This document shows positions 33,530-47,969 of a stretch of 64,000 nt of DNA, one piece after another. Numbering within the stretch: the first letter of the stretch is position 1; each line of letters opens with the position of its first letter. Source of the stretch: Raillietiella orientalis (lineage: Eukaryota); NCBI GenBank assembly GCA_036172245.1, contig JAYWIR010000034.1:1860001-1924000 (forward strand), given 5' to 3'. Under the pieces are notes generated by a model. It was not told the DNA's origin and ran no database searches. It saw only the letters and a list, made by a program, of their open reading frames with translations. Position numbers and translations under genes: made by a program.

Positions 33530-36500
33530 GAATCGGGTGGATCCGCGCTTGGAGCCCCGGGCCCCCGCCGCCCAGAGCGCGCGCGCCACCACCACGCCCG
33601 CCGAAGCCGCACCCGCTCAGCGCCAACCAACAGGGTCCCTGGAGTCCGAAGGTCCATCCCGGAAAAACCACGGCTGGGTCGAAGCTGCTCGGGAGGTTCA
33701 GCAGCCAAAAAAAAATAAAAATAAAAAGTGTGAAAATGGCAAAAAAAAGAAAGAAAGAAAAGAGGGGCAAAGGCAGAGGTCATTCGAGGGGCGCGTCCTC
33801 GACTGACCAAGGGCAACTTCAGGTGCGTCCGCGACTGAGGGCTGCAGAGAGCGCCACTCATTTCTCGTCGGAAGACGAAAACAAAACGGGGGGAAGAGGG
33901 GGGGAAGGGGGGCAGTGCCCGAGGCCCCCTCCGCGGGAGACGCCACGCGCGTCCCAACTGCTCGGAAGGGGAAAGCAACAGATCCTTAAGGTTTCCAGGA
34001 GGTGGCGGCCGTGCGGATGAACGCGGACGGTGGAAGGCCACGCAATTCTCCTCCTTCCTGGCCGCTGCCGCCGCTCCCTGAGAGGGAGCAGGGTAAGAAG
34101 CGATCCACCTGACCGGGAGAGACGGAAACAGCCGCTGCCTGTTTGCGCGGTGTAGGACTCGGTCACGCAGCATCAATGAAACAGCGTCGTGCGCGGGAGG
34201 CATTAGCTCGGAGCCACGGTCCAGAAGGCGCCGCCTCTCCTGCAGGAAGCGGGTCAGGAGATCGGAGCCCCCCCCCACGAAGTTCTGTCCCGCATCCCCC
34301 CGTGCCCGCGGTGCGCGGCAAAGACCCGTAAGCCCACCCGCGGGTCGCTTGCCGTTCTGCGATCAGTCAGAAACGGCGGGAGCGCCCGTCGCTGCGCAGC
34401 AGCACCACCACGGTGCCGCCGAAGCAGTCGCCGCTAATTCTCTCGAAGGGGGCGCGTGCACGAAGGTGAGGGAGGAGCCACGTGGGTTGACGGCGGTAAG
34501 CGAGATGGTCCGCGCGCCAGATCGCTCGCTCGTTTCCTCTCCCACTCCCTCGCTCTCTCGCATGCGCGCACGCCAAGGGGTCGCTGAAGATGGGAGAGGG
34601 AAACGCCCTCTCCGACGAAAGATGCGACACGGTCACTTTCCCGGCGAGCACGGGGGGAGCGTCTAGCGAGGAGCCGCCTCCACCTCTCTCCACCTTCTCC
34701 CTTCGTTGGACAGGCGCCTCTCCCGCGCGTTTCTTGCTTTCTTCCCCCCCCCCCCCCCCACCGGACACGCATTCGGCAAGAAAGGCAGAAAGCAGAAGAT
34801 GCGCTGCCTCGTCGGAAGCTGTAAAAGTGCTGCTGCTGCTACGGGCGCTGCTAATCGTCTGTTAGTGCATCAACGTTAATGAGGGCGAAGGGAGCCGCCG
34901 CGCACGGGGTAGCGGAGGGGAGTCTCTGCAGGAGCAGGAAGGCCTTCTGGCGATGGGAATTCCTCCTTCCCTCTCTCAGCTTCCAGAGAAGATGATGGAG
35001 GCGGCTGGTTTGCGGAACGAGAGCGTCCTTCTGTTTAGAGAGATGGCCTCTTCCCGGCACGACCTGGAATCGAGTGGATGGCCCTCTGCCGAGCTCTCCT
35101 TCAAAGGGAACGCCCCGCTTCACGGTCGCAGGGGGAAAGCAGCCGGCAGCCTCCCGAGATCGGCCCTTTGCCTCATCCGGCCCTTTTCATCGCGTTCGTC
35201 CGCCCGCAAACTCGCGCGGTGCTTTCGCGGAATTCCAGCGGGAAAGACGCACGTGGATCCCGCGCAGACCGCGTCCCGCGAGCACTCTCGCTTTCCCGTT
35301 CCTCTGGGCCGGCCTCTCGCCGAATCGGATGCCGGGCTCAGTGCAGACCCGCGCTACAAAACAACCCGCCTTGAAATCATCGGCGAATTCTTCTTCTTCC
35401 TCGTCTTCTTTTTGTTGCGTTCTATTTCGTTTTGTTTTTCCTTCCTCGTGACTGTTGCTGATCGCTCTTTTTTCCTTGAGACTTCGAGGCGCGCCGTGAG
35501 GTAGCGCTCCCCTGCTGGCGAAGCGGGCGCAATTCGTCTGAGTCCCTGCTGGAAGTTCGAGCACCCGGCCCAGGTGAATTCCTCCTTCTGCGGCCGCGGT
35601 CGGCTCTCGGGCGGCGCTGAGACGCGGACTTTGGTTTCTCGCTCGATGCCTGGTTGCTGCCCTTCGGTCTCTGCGGTAGCGGACCACGAAACGGTGGCGA
35701 AGTGAGCGCGTTCGTGCACTTCCGTTTCCCTTCATCCTGGATTTCTCCCTTCCTCCTTCGCCCTTCCCATCCTCCTCCTCCCTTTTTCAGATGCAGAGGC
35801 GATTCCCTGTCTCCGGCTTCGTGGCGCCGCGAGAGGGCGCAGACAGTATGCCGCAGCCGCCAGCCCGCAACGAGGGAAAGGTCGCTTTGCGGGCGGCCGT
35901 TTGGCTTTCGGCGGCCGTGTGCGAGAGGGGAGGCTGCCCAACTCCCCTCGGCGCACGCCGGACGAGTCGACTCCGCATCGGAATTCCCCTCGTCGCGGAG
36001 GGAACGAACTTTCCGTCTAAGCAGCAGCGTCCCCCGGTGGAGCCGAACTTCTTCCGAATGGACCTCCAACGTGTCCGCCGGAGCCCACCGCGGGCTCCTC
36101 GCGAAGAGCCGCTCTGCTTAGGGTGCGATGCCGTGCCGTCTCTGCAGGCGACGGGCGCGCGCGCGCGTCCTCCCCGGACCTACGGCGCAGCCCAGCAACA
36201 GCCGCGCGTCGCGACGGCAGTCAGCCGCCACGAGCAGGGAGTTCCAGGAAGCGCACGTGCGTAGCGAGCAGCACGCGTTTCATCGGGACCAGGACGACAG
36301 GTCACCGCCTCGCGGAGGAGGAGGAAAGCCGCCGCTCCCGAGAGAAAGGATGGGGGAAGGGAGGGGAAGAGGATGATCCCGATGGGCGCTCCCGTACCCC
36401 GGAATGGGCAGCGTCTCTCCGAGACGCGGCCACGGCGATGTGGGAAATCGGAGTAAGTCTCAGATCGCAGGAGAATTTTCCAGCGACGCCTCCCGGGAAT

Positions 36501-39500
36501 GAAGAGGAGGAAGCAGAAAGAGAGCACGGGATCTCCGAGGGAGGAATGATGGTAAACAAAGGTTCAACGCTCGTAAACAAAACCTGCCATCCCCCTCTCC
36601 TTGCTGCGGGGCCGAAGAGGTGGGATTGCATCACATCAGGTTGATGCGGGCAGCGGATGAGCAGGAGCGAAGGATTCCTGGGGACACCGAAAGGAAAAAG
36701 AAGAAACCGCGCTGTTCTCTGCGTGATGGATGGACGGATGCCGGAGATGAGGTCGAGCGGAGGGGAGGGGAGCGCTCTCGACTCTCCTTCATGCCAGAAG
36801 CGGAGGAGCAGCACCACTGGCAGGGCGCGCGCGGCGGCCGGATTTCGACGGCTCACGCGTGCGCGTATGAGCCCCGCCGTCCAGGGGGATCGGTCCACGT
36901 GGAGTTTTCCCTCCGGAAGCCGTGCACGGAAGCAGGAAGCGGCAACGGCTATATCGAACCGGAAAGGAAAGGCGGTGGAGAGGGAAAGCCCGGAACTTCC
37001 GGCCGATTGACCCTGCTGGAGAAGCCGCCACCCTCCAGCACGGAAGGCTGGGCAGTCCGAGAGCCCGGCCGCACGCGGAAGGCGAGGGGGTGGGATATCG
37101 CGGCCGGACGCCGGTCAAGAACGCCATTCCCTCAGTAGCTGCCGCTGGCGCGCCCTTCCTCCGAGGGGACGGATCCAGCAGCCGAGCACCATCCCCGGCC
37201 CCTACCGACGAGGACGCGTGTGCCCTCCGGAGGGAGCCCGGGACTCAACCCCCTTCTAGCTGGCGCTGCCGTGGGCGCTGGCGGTACCGAGGGACAAGGT
37301 GGGAGGGGCAGGGGAAGTCATGCGCCGAGCATCGTCAAGATGCGCTGCTTTGTGGGGTGGGTGCTTCCTTCCAGCCCCTTAGGTGGGACCGACGGGGGAC
37401 GCTCGCCAAGACGACGACTTCCGGGAGTTCCTCCCTCGCAGCGAAAGAAGGACATCAGTACCAGCAGCGTCTTCACGGAGCAGCACCTGCTCACCTCCAC
37501 GTCGTCTCTCCGGGTTCCGAGATGGCCGGAAGCAGCCGCGCAGGGACTCCCCGCCTGCGCGTTCCCGGATCCGCGTGTGGGCGAGGAGAAAAGAACGCGC
37601 GTCGCGCCGGGCGGCCCAGTGCGGACCCGACGCCGGCGGCGGCCCGCTAAGGACGCGACCTGGGAGGAACGCTGTCGCCACCTGCGAAGAAAAGAGGCGC
37701 AGGGGAAACGCCCCGCGCTCCCTCTGCACCCAAGACCGGACGCGATGACTCGGAGGTGGCCCATTCCGGGGCTACGAGTGGCCTTGCCGAGGAGGGAGAG
37801 GTCGCAACCATCCATCCAGTGGATGAAACTGGAGGGACACGGACCACTGGTGAGGCCTATGGAGAGGGGAGACTGGCAATGGTCACTGAAAAAAGTGAGG
37901 AAGGCGTCGGCGGCTGAGACCCACAGTGTAAGAGAAGGAACGGAAGAGGAAGAAGGAAGGGAAGTGGAAGAGCAGGAAGGGAGAAAGAGAAAGGAGGGAA
38001 GAGGAAGAGAAGAAGACGCTCCTGAGCGACTGGCACGACACGGATTCCTTGCCAGGTGCTGTGTTTTCCCAGCTTCCACAGCGGCCGGCCCCAGGGTGGA
38101 AAGGGAGCGTTGCTGCTGCCACCCCCCTCCCTCCTTCTTCGCTCTTCCTCGGATGCCCCCGTTGTTTCGCAGCAAAAGATGCAGCTGGAGAGTGAGTGTC
38201 CCTCCCCCCTTTCTTGATTCTGGCCGTCTGCAGGGACCACCCACCCCCAAGAATTCCCCTCCCCCTCCTTCCTCGCAGCGCTTCTCCTTGTTTGCTTGTT
38301 TTGCTCTTCGTCTTTTTTTCTCCGGCCGGCACGCCTGGAGGGCGCGGACGAACCGCATCCTCGGGCGAGGCGTCCCCGCGTCCAGGTCCGCGGGGGGAAT
38401 TCGCAGCTGACCGCGCGAGCTTCCCCTGCCCCAGTCCCCCTGCTCTGCTTTCCCCCCGCAGGCCGCCTCCCGCACCCCCGCTCGCGGGTGGACCCGAAGG
38501 GGTGACGCGAATCGCGTTCACCGCCGGGGACAGCGGCGACGAGGTGGCGGCGCCTCGGGGCTCGAAATCCTCGAGTCCGAGGGACTCGCCCCTCGTCGGG
38601 ACGCCGCCGGATCTCTGTCCATCTACCCTCTGGGCTCGCCGGAGGACATCCCACCGCTCGCAGCGGCTCCTGCCGCCGGTGTTTTCTCTGGCCGCAGCTG
38701 GCCGCTCCCCCTCCGCCGGGAGGAAAGGCACTCCGCTCCCACAGTCGAAAGATGGCCCGACAAGGAGAACCAGCGAAGGAAGGGGGCGCTCCTGTGTCAA
38801 TGGGGACGAGCCGGGGACCGCGGACCACCCACTGCATCTGAGGTGGCCATCTTGTGGCTGCGACTTTTCAGCTTGCACCAGGTTTCTCCCAGGACTGATG
38901 CCCGTGAACCTCCAGGGCGGGAGAAGGAGGAGGAGGAGACGAGGGACCAATCCCCTCTGGAAAGCCGGAGCAGCGCCACGCAGCCTACCAGTTCCCCCTG
39001 ACGAGGCCTTTCCCTCGCTTCGGATCACCACAGCAACCGAACCGTGCTCCCATTCCGGCGTGCCCTCTGCTCCGCTCGAGAAAAGGGGGGGGAGAAAGAG
39101 GTTGCTCGCTTTCGTTCGGGGAGGGTGGGGGCGGGAGGAGAGGTCCCCAGGTTCTAGGGGAAGTGATGGCAGCGCCGATGTCGCGCAACGCGGGCACGCC
39201 GACGGTTTTCCAAGGAATGGTGGAGTCCCTAAGAGGACGGGGTCGATGGGGACGTCGCGGCCAACATCCTCCGCGTCTTGCGAAGGATGCTGGCGCCCCT
39301 ACCCCTCAGTATTTGCCAGAGAGGACCCACTGACCGGAAGTGCACGTTGCCTGGACCCAGTTACCAGGACCCGGAGGTGAGGGTGACCCGCGGAGTAGTA
39401 GGGAGGGAAACAGGGAAGGTGAACGTTGACGGCATCCGACTTTTTTCGGTGCTACGAGAGAATTTGCAGGCGGTGTGCGTTGGCGCCCCACCGGCCGGAC

Positions 39501-41900
39501 CTGAGGAGACGAGGAGGAGCGCCGTGGGGCAGGGGGGGGGGGAGCCGGGACGGGAGCATCGACGGAGCGATTTCCCGCCTCCGGAGGGCAGCCTTGCCGC
39601 GACGTGCTCTCTGCTGCTGCGGAGCACCGCGAGCTTCGCAGAAGGGGAGGGGAATGGGAACTGCAGGACAGCCGGATCCGCGACACGCCCCCTCGCGCGA
39701 CCGGGACCCCGATCGGCTGCGCGGGCGAGGTCGCTCCGCTGTCCGCGCCAGGTCACCGGGACTAGGAAGCAGAGCAGGACAGACCGCGGGGAACGCGCGC
39801 GCCGCAGCGGCGGCTCCGTAAATCACCCACGGTGCGATCGACTCTTCGTGGCGTCCGCTGCCACCCCCTATCCACCCGCCCGCCTTCGAAAGTTCAGCAG
39901 CACGCAAACAGCCTAAGGTGTCATCCGGCGCTCACCTTTCGGCTCGCGCACGCCTCCAGGGGGAGAGGGTAAGGGGGGGGGGGAACGAGAGCCGATCGAC
40001 GACGCGTTCGCCGGGCGGATGCGCCTCGTCTTGCAGGAACCGACGCCTCCGCGTGTCTAATTATAGGCACACGGAAAGCGCGCTGAGACCCATCAGACGC
40101 ATCCGCGAACGAACGATGGGTCACAACAGCAACAACCAAAAGAGAAAAGAAAAAAAAACAAAGGGAAAGAAAACGCACGCACTCGGGGAACGCCGCACGA
40201 GCGCGCGCACGGCCTTTCGCTGGCGAATGGGAACGAACGCGCGCGAGCACGCGCGTCCCTTTCGAAATCGGGAGCAGGAGCAAACGGGCGAGCGAGCCGT
40301 AAACATTTCAAGCGAAAAGTAAACGTGCCTCTTCCTGCAGGAAGGAAGTCACCTTAAATACCTGGGGGAGCGGCGGAAAAGGGAAATAAAAAAACCGGAA
40401 GGAATGGCGTCTTTTCGCGCGCGAAATTCCGGACGTTTGCCGCCGACCTCACCGAAGGCGGGGTGAAAACAAATCGCCGCCACATCCCGGGAGGAAAGGA
40501 AGGGGGGAGGGCATTCGTTTGCTCAGTGGAGCCGGATGGGGAGGAGGAGGGCGCGATGGCTCCCATGCTCTTTCCCGGCGCAGATCGAAGGGATGAGTCG
40601 GCAGGAGAGAGGAGGAACGCGGCCTTTCGGTTGCCCCTCTCCCCCCACTCCTTCCCTTCCCGGCCGAGCGGACCGAAAGGGTGCACGGGGGGAAACCGCG
40701 GGGACCAGCACCGAGCTGCGCGCGTCCCGTGACAAGGAACTTTCCCGCTTCCTGAACCAGCAGCTTCCCCTTTCGAATTGTAGGGGATTCCCGCGACGCG
40801 GGGCAGCGGGGAAGCTGCACGCGTCCAGAGAAAGGATGAGCGGCGGCAGCCACCCCGCAAGGTCGGCAGGGGTCCGCTCCCGTTTCTCGGTAGGCAGAAG
40901 AAGAGCGCACCGAAAACATTCCGACGGTGCAAGCAGAAATGCTTCTTAAAAGAACGCATTCCTTTTTCTTATTTTCAAAAAAAAGGGAAGGAACAAAAAA
41001 AAACCCTGAAAACCGACTCCGAAGATGTACAGAGGCAGGCGTTTCCATGGCAGAACCGTCGTCCTCCGCCGCAAAGAACTCGGGAGTTCGCGCACCGCAC
41101 TTGGCCGCCTCGTTCTTCACCACCCCCAGCTCCGAGACGGGGCATGCGCCGCGGCCGCCGGGGGCCGCGCGGACGGCAGAGGTTCCTCCTCCCTGCTGCA
41201 CCCCACCCAGAGACCGCACCGGGAAGGCATGCGGAAAATGGAAGTCCAGCAGCAGCAGCAGCAGCACACGGTGCTCAGCGTTTATCTTCCGCTCCGTGGC
41301 GCGTCGCGACGGCAAGCGGCGGTGGTCGGGCGAAGCAGACGCATTTCGGTGGAAGCGCTCGCCTTTCGCTGCCCATCGGCGAAACTTTCAAAGCACCGCA
41401 ACGGCTGGTTGGAAGCTGCTGCGAGACGCCGCGAAGATCACAGCGTTCTGGAATGATTTGAGCTCAGGTCGAAGATTCATCCGCCCTCCTTCCAGGCATC
41501 GCAAACGATGACTCCGCTGTCCCTCTACTGGGGCTGATTTCCGTGAAAGAAAAATTCCTATGCATCATGGAAGAACCGTTCACTTATTTTACGAACCTGA
41601 AAAACAGGAAAAAAGCATTGGATGAGAAAGAATGGACCTCATACAAACGGATGTCACGCTAGGCAAGTTAAAAGAACTTTATAGATGGAGGAGAATGGCT
41701 GACGGGGGGGGGGGGGATCCTTGCATTTATTAGCTTCCTCCTTTCATTCATTAGCTTGTCTAGAGGTCAAAAGAGCAAATAAACACGACAGAACCACCAA
41801 TGTAACAGGGATAGCGGTTTCTGTGGCTTCCGAAACCTAAAGATTTTCCTACTCCCAGTCGCTACAGGCTAGAAGAGAAGTATCCGATATACGCGCCCGT

Positions 41901-44900
41901 TCAAGAAGGATGAAAATTGTCCATATTCTCCGTGATCCCTTCACTGCTCTGCGTTCCTAGGGTTGGACCGAATTGTCCCACGGAAAACTTGAAAAAGAGC
42001 GGTGAAACCATGGATACGTTAGGGTTTCCGCTCGACTGGGAGTAGGCCACAAGCTGCAGAGTGCCAATGGGAGGCATAACGTTAGCGAGCAGATAAACAT
42101 GTACGAGGTTAATTGCATCCACAATTAACAGAAGGTCGTTTCTGCTTATTAAAGTTCATTGCAGTATTAATTTGTTGCAGATCAGGCGTTTGCAAGGCAC
42201 TTATGAGAACGTTCTGGTCCATTTACCCGGGGTCAAAAATAGAAAGTCCATAGAAGCAAGGACACGAGAGAACAATCCTCCAGCAGACCAACTGCCCCCC
42301 CCCCTTTCCCCCTTTCCTCGATTTCTTCATCTGATGAACGCCAGCACTCGAAAAATTCCATTTTTCGAAGATTCTTCAATGTGATTTCGACGAGGTCACA
42401 AATTTGTACATTGCTATCTTGAGATGCAGCAACAGTCTAAAGCATTCAAATCTTTCACTGAAAAGACAAGCTTTCTCGCCGACGCTTCTTTTAAAAACCC
42501 TTTTTGACAGGAAAGTTCTCTAACCAATCAGTAAAAATGCTTGGCTTCCTTTGGATGCTCCAACGAAAGTCACTCGCCTCCCTCTCGGCTGAATGATTGC
42601 TGGCGTGCCGCGCTCCAGAAACAGAGGCCGACATTCGTTTCCTTTTTCGACAGCTTTGCATTGCAGTCATCAGCGTACGTTTCATCTTTCATCGAAGCAG
42701 TCGTGGAGATGAAGACAAAGTTTTGCAGCAGCAGTGGAACAGGAAAAAGTCTCACGGGCAAAATCGGCCGCAACGATCCTTGAAGGAAACGAACCTCTGA
42801 TTGTTTTTGTGCGAACACCTTTCGACACATTTTGCTTTCCGCCCAGATCGCCCCAGAATGCATTTTCTTTACGGGAGCCCTCCCTCGGGAGACAAGAAAT
42901 GCCGGGCCATTCCTGGGCTACCTGTCGCTATTGCCACCTGTTGCTCTGGGCTCCACACCCACTCCCTTGGAGTTCAGTGCCCATGCACACATGCGATCAA
43001 AGAGGACGCTTTTCGATAGCCATCGCAATCGGGCTCCCACTGACCTTCTTACCCTGAGGTAACCACTGTAGCTCTTTACAATTATTCCCTGATTGTAAGG
43101 TCTGTTGCTGCACGCTGATGATCTGTTGCATTCTGCTCTAACAAAGAGGGCAAACAGACTGTTGATTTGGGGGGAAGATCGCATAGGGATTGACGGATTC
43201 TATCAGGAGACCCAAGTTCTAAATTTACTTGTGCAAACAGACATCGGCATTGGAAGAGGGAGCCATTGGTTTAGAGTTCTGTGTGCGCCTCGTTATCGGA
43301 AGTTTGCTCTGAGGGCCTCTGCATAAATTTCGAATTTCGGCTGTTCTTCAGGTTAGCTGTTGCTAAACATTCTCCAGAAATCCTTGATACCTTGAAACCT
43401 CACAGAGAGCTATCAAATGTTTATAATTATTATTTTTCACTTGCAAGATTTTCAAGTTAGCAGTCTAAACACTGATGCAGTGACGGAATGGTTACGATGT
43501 GATTGGAGCTTCGGGATTCGTCGATTTTGCCATTTGATTTTTTGTTTTGCTTTTGTTTTCCGAAGGCCATGTGTCCCCGAGTATGACTTCGAGTTCAAGA
43601 TCAGCGCTCTAATTCTTTTGAAAGGTCAATTCTTTGTAAGGTCAATGCCAATATTCGGGCAACGCAGTTTTCTCAGTACATTCATCCATGACTTTGTTTT
43701 CTATCTAGCTTTGTTTCGGTTGTTGGGTCTTTAGATTCCTCAAAACCCCTACCAAAGCGTTGGTCTTGTCGTGCGGACGCAGGAATTTGACAACTCGAGG
43801 ACACTCGGAATGCACCCAGTCGTCAATCTTCGTGAAGACTTGTATGCAGATATGCGATCTCTTCTCTCCCCAACGTATGGACTTGAATCTGTTTTCTTCT
43901 AAACAAAAGTTGGGTCCAAGATTGGTTTGAAAGAATGTCCTTTCACAAGAGAGAGTGCGCGAGAGTCCCAAGCTGTGAGTGAAACCCGTACGATCGTAAA
44001 ACACGAGAATTGATGCATACCAGACCGACTTTCCTTCGCTGTCCTGAAATCAGGGACACTAATGCACACGTCTGTAAAATAAAAAGTGTTTCAAGGCCAT
44101 TTGGTCCTAGTGTGCCAGTCTCAGAGCCCAAAACATGGAGTGATCGGTGTTTCTAGACTACTGTGTGAGAACTATGGAGAAGCTCCAGACCTCAGTTCGC
44201 TGAGCACGAGCCACAGCTTTTGGTAATGCATCACCATCCTGCAGTTTTTCACTCAGTCCTCCCCCACTTCCACCTCCTTCCAGACTGAGTAAAGATGCCG
44301 TCACTAAATTGCATTATTCCTTTCGATTTGCATTCCATCCTATTTTTCATGGGTGCTGAATTGCACGGTTTTCTTTACCAGAACCCGGCAGTGATTGAAT
44401 CTCGGGTTTGAAAAGTTACTTATTATCGCTAAATTCGAATAATAAGGCAATCCAACTTTTCAGGCGCTGGCCATGTGCAAAAGACCGAATGAAGGTATCG
44501 CTTATATCACATTCCTCAGGCTCTTCACTGCCTTTGACCTGACATATTGAAGGCACTCACCTGCTACGATCTTCTTCACTAACCCTTAAACGAAGCAACC
44601 GTTTTCTGATCATCCCAAGTAAATACTGGTGATATGGAAAGTGAGAATAGGGTTCACTCGAAAGACCGCCATCGGTCGCACCACCTAAGGTGATGCAAAA
44701 ATGGAGAAGGCATGTCTCCCAGTTCGTAAGTCTTTTATACCAACTGGCTTGTTCTGCTTTGGTTACCAAAGACGTGAAGTGTTTTCCTTCTGTATGGACG
44801 GAAGGAAAACACTTCATGTGCTTTTGACAAGCACAGTTTAATTTTTCACAACTTTGTCTTCCCACAGTTTTAAAAAGTACTCTTGCCTTTGAGAAAAAAT

Positions 44901-44952
44901 GGACACCAAAACTCACCCAACTGTAGTTAGGGGGAATTGATTTCATGCCCAT
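41901..44952 (-). other. Putative lineage-specific multi-exon gene (unresolved)
   Basis: Minus-strand donors (gtgagt ~44560, gtatgc ~44019, gtaggg ~43751, gtaaga ~43051) with open exon-like segments, e.g. DVCISVPDFRTAKESRS joined in phase to EENRFKSIRWGEKRSHICIQVFTKIDDWVHSECPRVVKFLRPHDKTNAL. No family recognised and no complete model. Confidence 0.25.
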
Positions 44953-46753
44953 TCTTTTTATGCTTCACTAATCAATGAGAAGGTGATGAAATCCTGCAGT
45001 AGTGTGTTAAAAAAAAAAAAAAGGATGAGCATTACTTTGCAGACCAGTTTAGTTTATGGCTCCACAAACATTGTGCCATGTTCTTTGTATTCCAGTTGGG
45101 CTTGTGATCCATCTAATGCACTTTACCTGAACTTTGCCAGCACACCAGGAATCTTCCATGGTTGATAAATGTGCTTTTGAACACATAAATACCTGATTGA
45201 TGCCACTCGATATTCTAATGTGTAATTCCCTCTCTAAAACTTTTCCAATAACATGCCAAGAATCTTGTTTTATTACAAGCAATGTTAAATTTTCCTTCGC
45301 ACAACATTACACACTTTTCTAAAGTGACAGCTTTCAATACAATCTAATGTAATGTAAGCAACAGTTGCAACAATAGCAATGGAATTTTGCAGCATCTTAA
45401 AATGAATGATTTTCTTATAAAATATTAAAACAACCTGAAAAACTACAAAATGCTTGCAAAACATATGCACAGATTTGTTAAAGCAATGTATCACTATCAA
45501 TACAGATTTGGTCAACATGCAGATTTTAAAGATACAGTTGTTGTGTATAAGTATCAGTTTTTTTAACACTGAAAGCTAACTTCAAAAGTTCATTTTCTGG
45601 AGCAAAGATGAATATCATTTATGTGGCCAATCATTTTTACTGGCTCTAAGCACTTATCAACTTAGCACATGCAACTACAGAGTCTTATAAATCACATGTA
45701 AACACAATAGAAACATATAGAAATAAACTACATGTGAGTGGATAAGATCTGTGGCAACTTAAATTAAACATACAGTAAACTAAAGCATCATATATGATAT
45801 GCACCTTGTAATTGCAAATTGGTGCCCACCTCACAGATTTAAAATCAAAAAAGCAATGTTATAATATAAGCTGAAACTACAGTTATCCCAAGAAGGAAGT
45901 ATTATCAATACCTTATCTACAAAAAATTGATGGGCTGTTAAAAGCAGAATTTAATGAATGTGCATTCAAGCACAAGTTGTAAACAGAAGAAAACTTGTTT
46001 ATCAAGAGACCTCGATACTAGCCAAGTACAAAAACTATTTTTTCTTCTAAATGAGGGGAGTAAACTGTTTCAACATTGAAAATAGAAGAGTTTAAAATTA
46101 AACACAGGCTGGAACCATCGTACTTTGAAAAGAAAAATGAGAAATCAAAGGTACTCCAGAATTAAGCATAATTAAGTTGCAAAGGATAAATAAAAAAAGA
46201 AACAAAACTGAAATCACTACATGGCATCATGCACAATTGGTGAATGCTGAAAATTTAAATTTAAATTAGATTTAAAAAAGAATAAATTACTATGCATTAT
46301 GAATAAAAATAAAGAGTAGTTTCCATACATCAGAACCAATATTTGCTGATGATACTTTGGATTTCTTATTTTTGACTTAGAGTGTTTGATTCCTCAACAT
46401 TCCTAACTTCTGTTGGTCTACAAACTCAATCAGTGGAAAACTTCAAGAAACACTTCAACAGAGAAAGAAAAAAACTTTATGCAAAAGTACATTATACTGA
46501 AATAAACCATACCCTCTATCAAAAGAAACAAAGATGAACACAACTACAAAGGAAGTTTGTTTTGAACTTATCTAAAATTTAATCATGGCATTCTTTGCAA
46601 ATTTCAACAGTCTACAGTTGGCTTGAAAGCATTAAATGTAGAAAGGAATATACTATGTGAAATTCTTTAGTTCTCCCACTCTGAGAATCAATCATGTAAA
46701 CTGAGATTTTCCAAAATTTATGAGGAAAGTCAATGATGACCTTATGTTTCATT

Positions 46754-47693
46754 TCAACCAGTCAAATGCTTCTTGGCTAACTGTTCCACTTTTCGTTCAA
46801 ATGCTGGAATCTTTATGGGAGTATTATGCTCATATAAAGGATTCAGTGCAATCTAAAACAAAAAAAAATAAAATAAACAGCTGCTGAATACTATAAGAAC
46901 ATGCTATTTATGAAGATTATCAGCAGCTACTTAGGAAAACTCCTCCTACCTTTACATACATTTCATACACATCACTGAAAAAATTCTTAATACCATCTTC
47001 GTTTTTGCAATCATGCAAAACAATAAAACGGATTCTAGTTGCTGTTACAAATGCTGATACCGACCATTCATTAAATCTATCAACTACTTTCAGATACATA
47101 TTATTGGTAGTCCACATGACTTCATCAACTTGATCCAGAGCTGCATGTGCAATAAATTGTTTAAGGTGCTTGTGATCTTCTTTCTACAAAAAACAAAAAA
47201 AACACTAATTTTCACGTCAAGATCTGGAAATCAACTGAAGTGGCAATTAACTGAAATACATCAATTTCTGCAGAAGATTCGGAAATCACATAATCTGAAA
47301 AAATAATCAACACCAAACCTTGAATTCACCCAACATTGCACTACTAATAATGTAACGGGAAATCTACCAAAAAAAAGAGCATCTTTACATAAAAGCTCAA
47401 GTTTTCAGTATCTTACTAAGGGGGAAATGAAAATTCGGCTTCAAATTAAAAACTATCTTTAATATCAATAAATTACCCATCTGTTTCTACAGCTTCATAA
47501 ACTAAATACCATCTATACAGCCAAATCTATTTATGCAAACAAGCATTTTCACTCATTCAAAATAATCTGCATTACACAGGTGCCATGAGCTATTGATTAT
47601 TACTTTTGGTTCTCTGGTTGGCTGTGAAAATTCGCACTCAAAAATGGGATTATCACTGTATCCAACAATGACGAAATAATAATTTCCTCCCAT
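46754..47693 (-). CDS. TRAPPC2: Trafficking protein particle complex subunit 2 (sedlin), 140 aa
   Basis: Exons 47693-47604, 47183-46950 and 46852-46754 (all phase 0). They give [22 protein letters not shown]...[110 protein letters not shown], the sedlin signature throughout. Confidence 0.97.
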
Positions 47694-47969
47694 TTTCCCT
47701 TCTTCGCTTCCTTAATAAGGATTAATGTTCTTTAATCCTCCTTGATCCCACGGATGGCTGCGCCATGGACCGACTCTCGGCACTCATCGCCGCCACCCAA
47801 ATTGCAGCCCGTCGGGCGTTCCACGGCACCTGCAGTCGTCCTAACCTACGCAGCCCCCGGCGTTCTCCTGTCCTTCGCTGTCCTTTCCACTCTGCCGACA
47901 CTTCTCCGGCAGGCTGCAATTTCCACTGCTCTATCGGGTTAGGATCATTACCTACAAGTGTATAACCTC

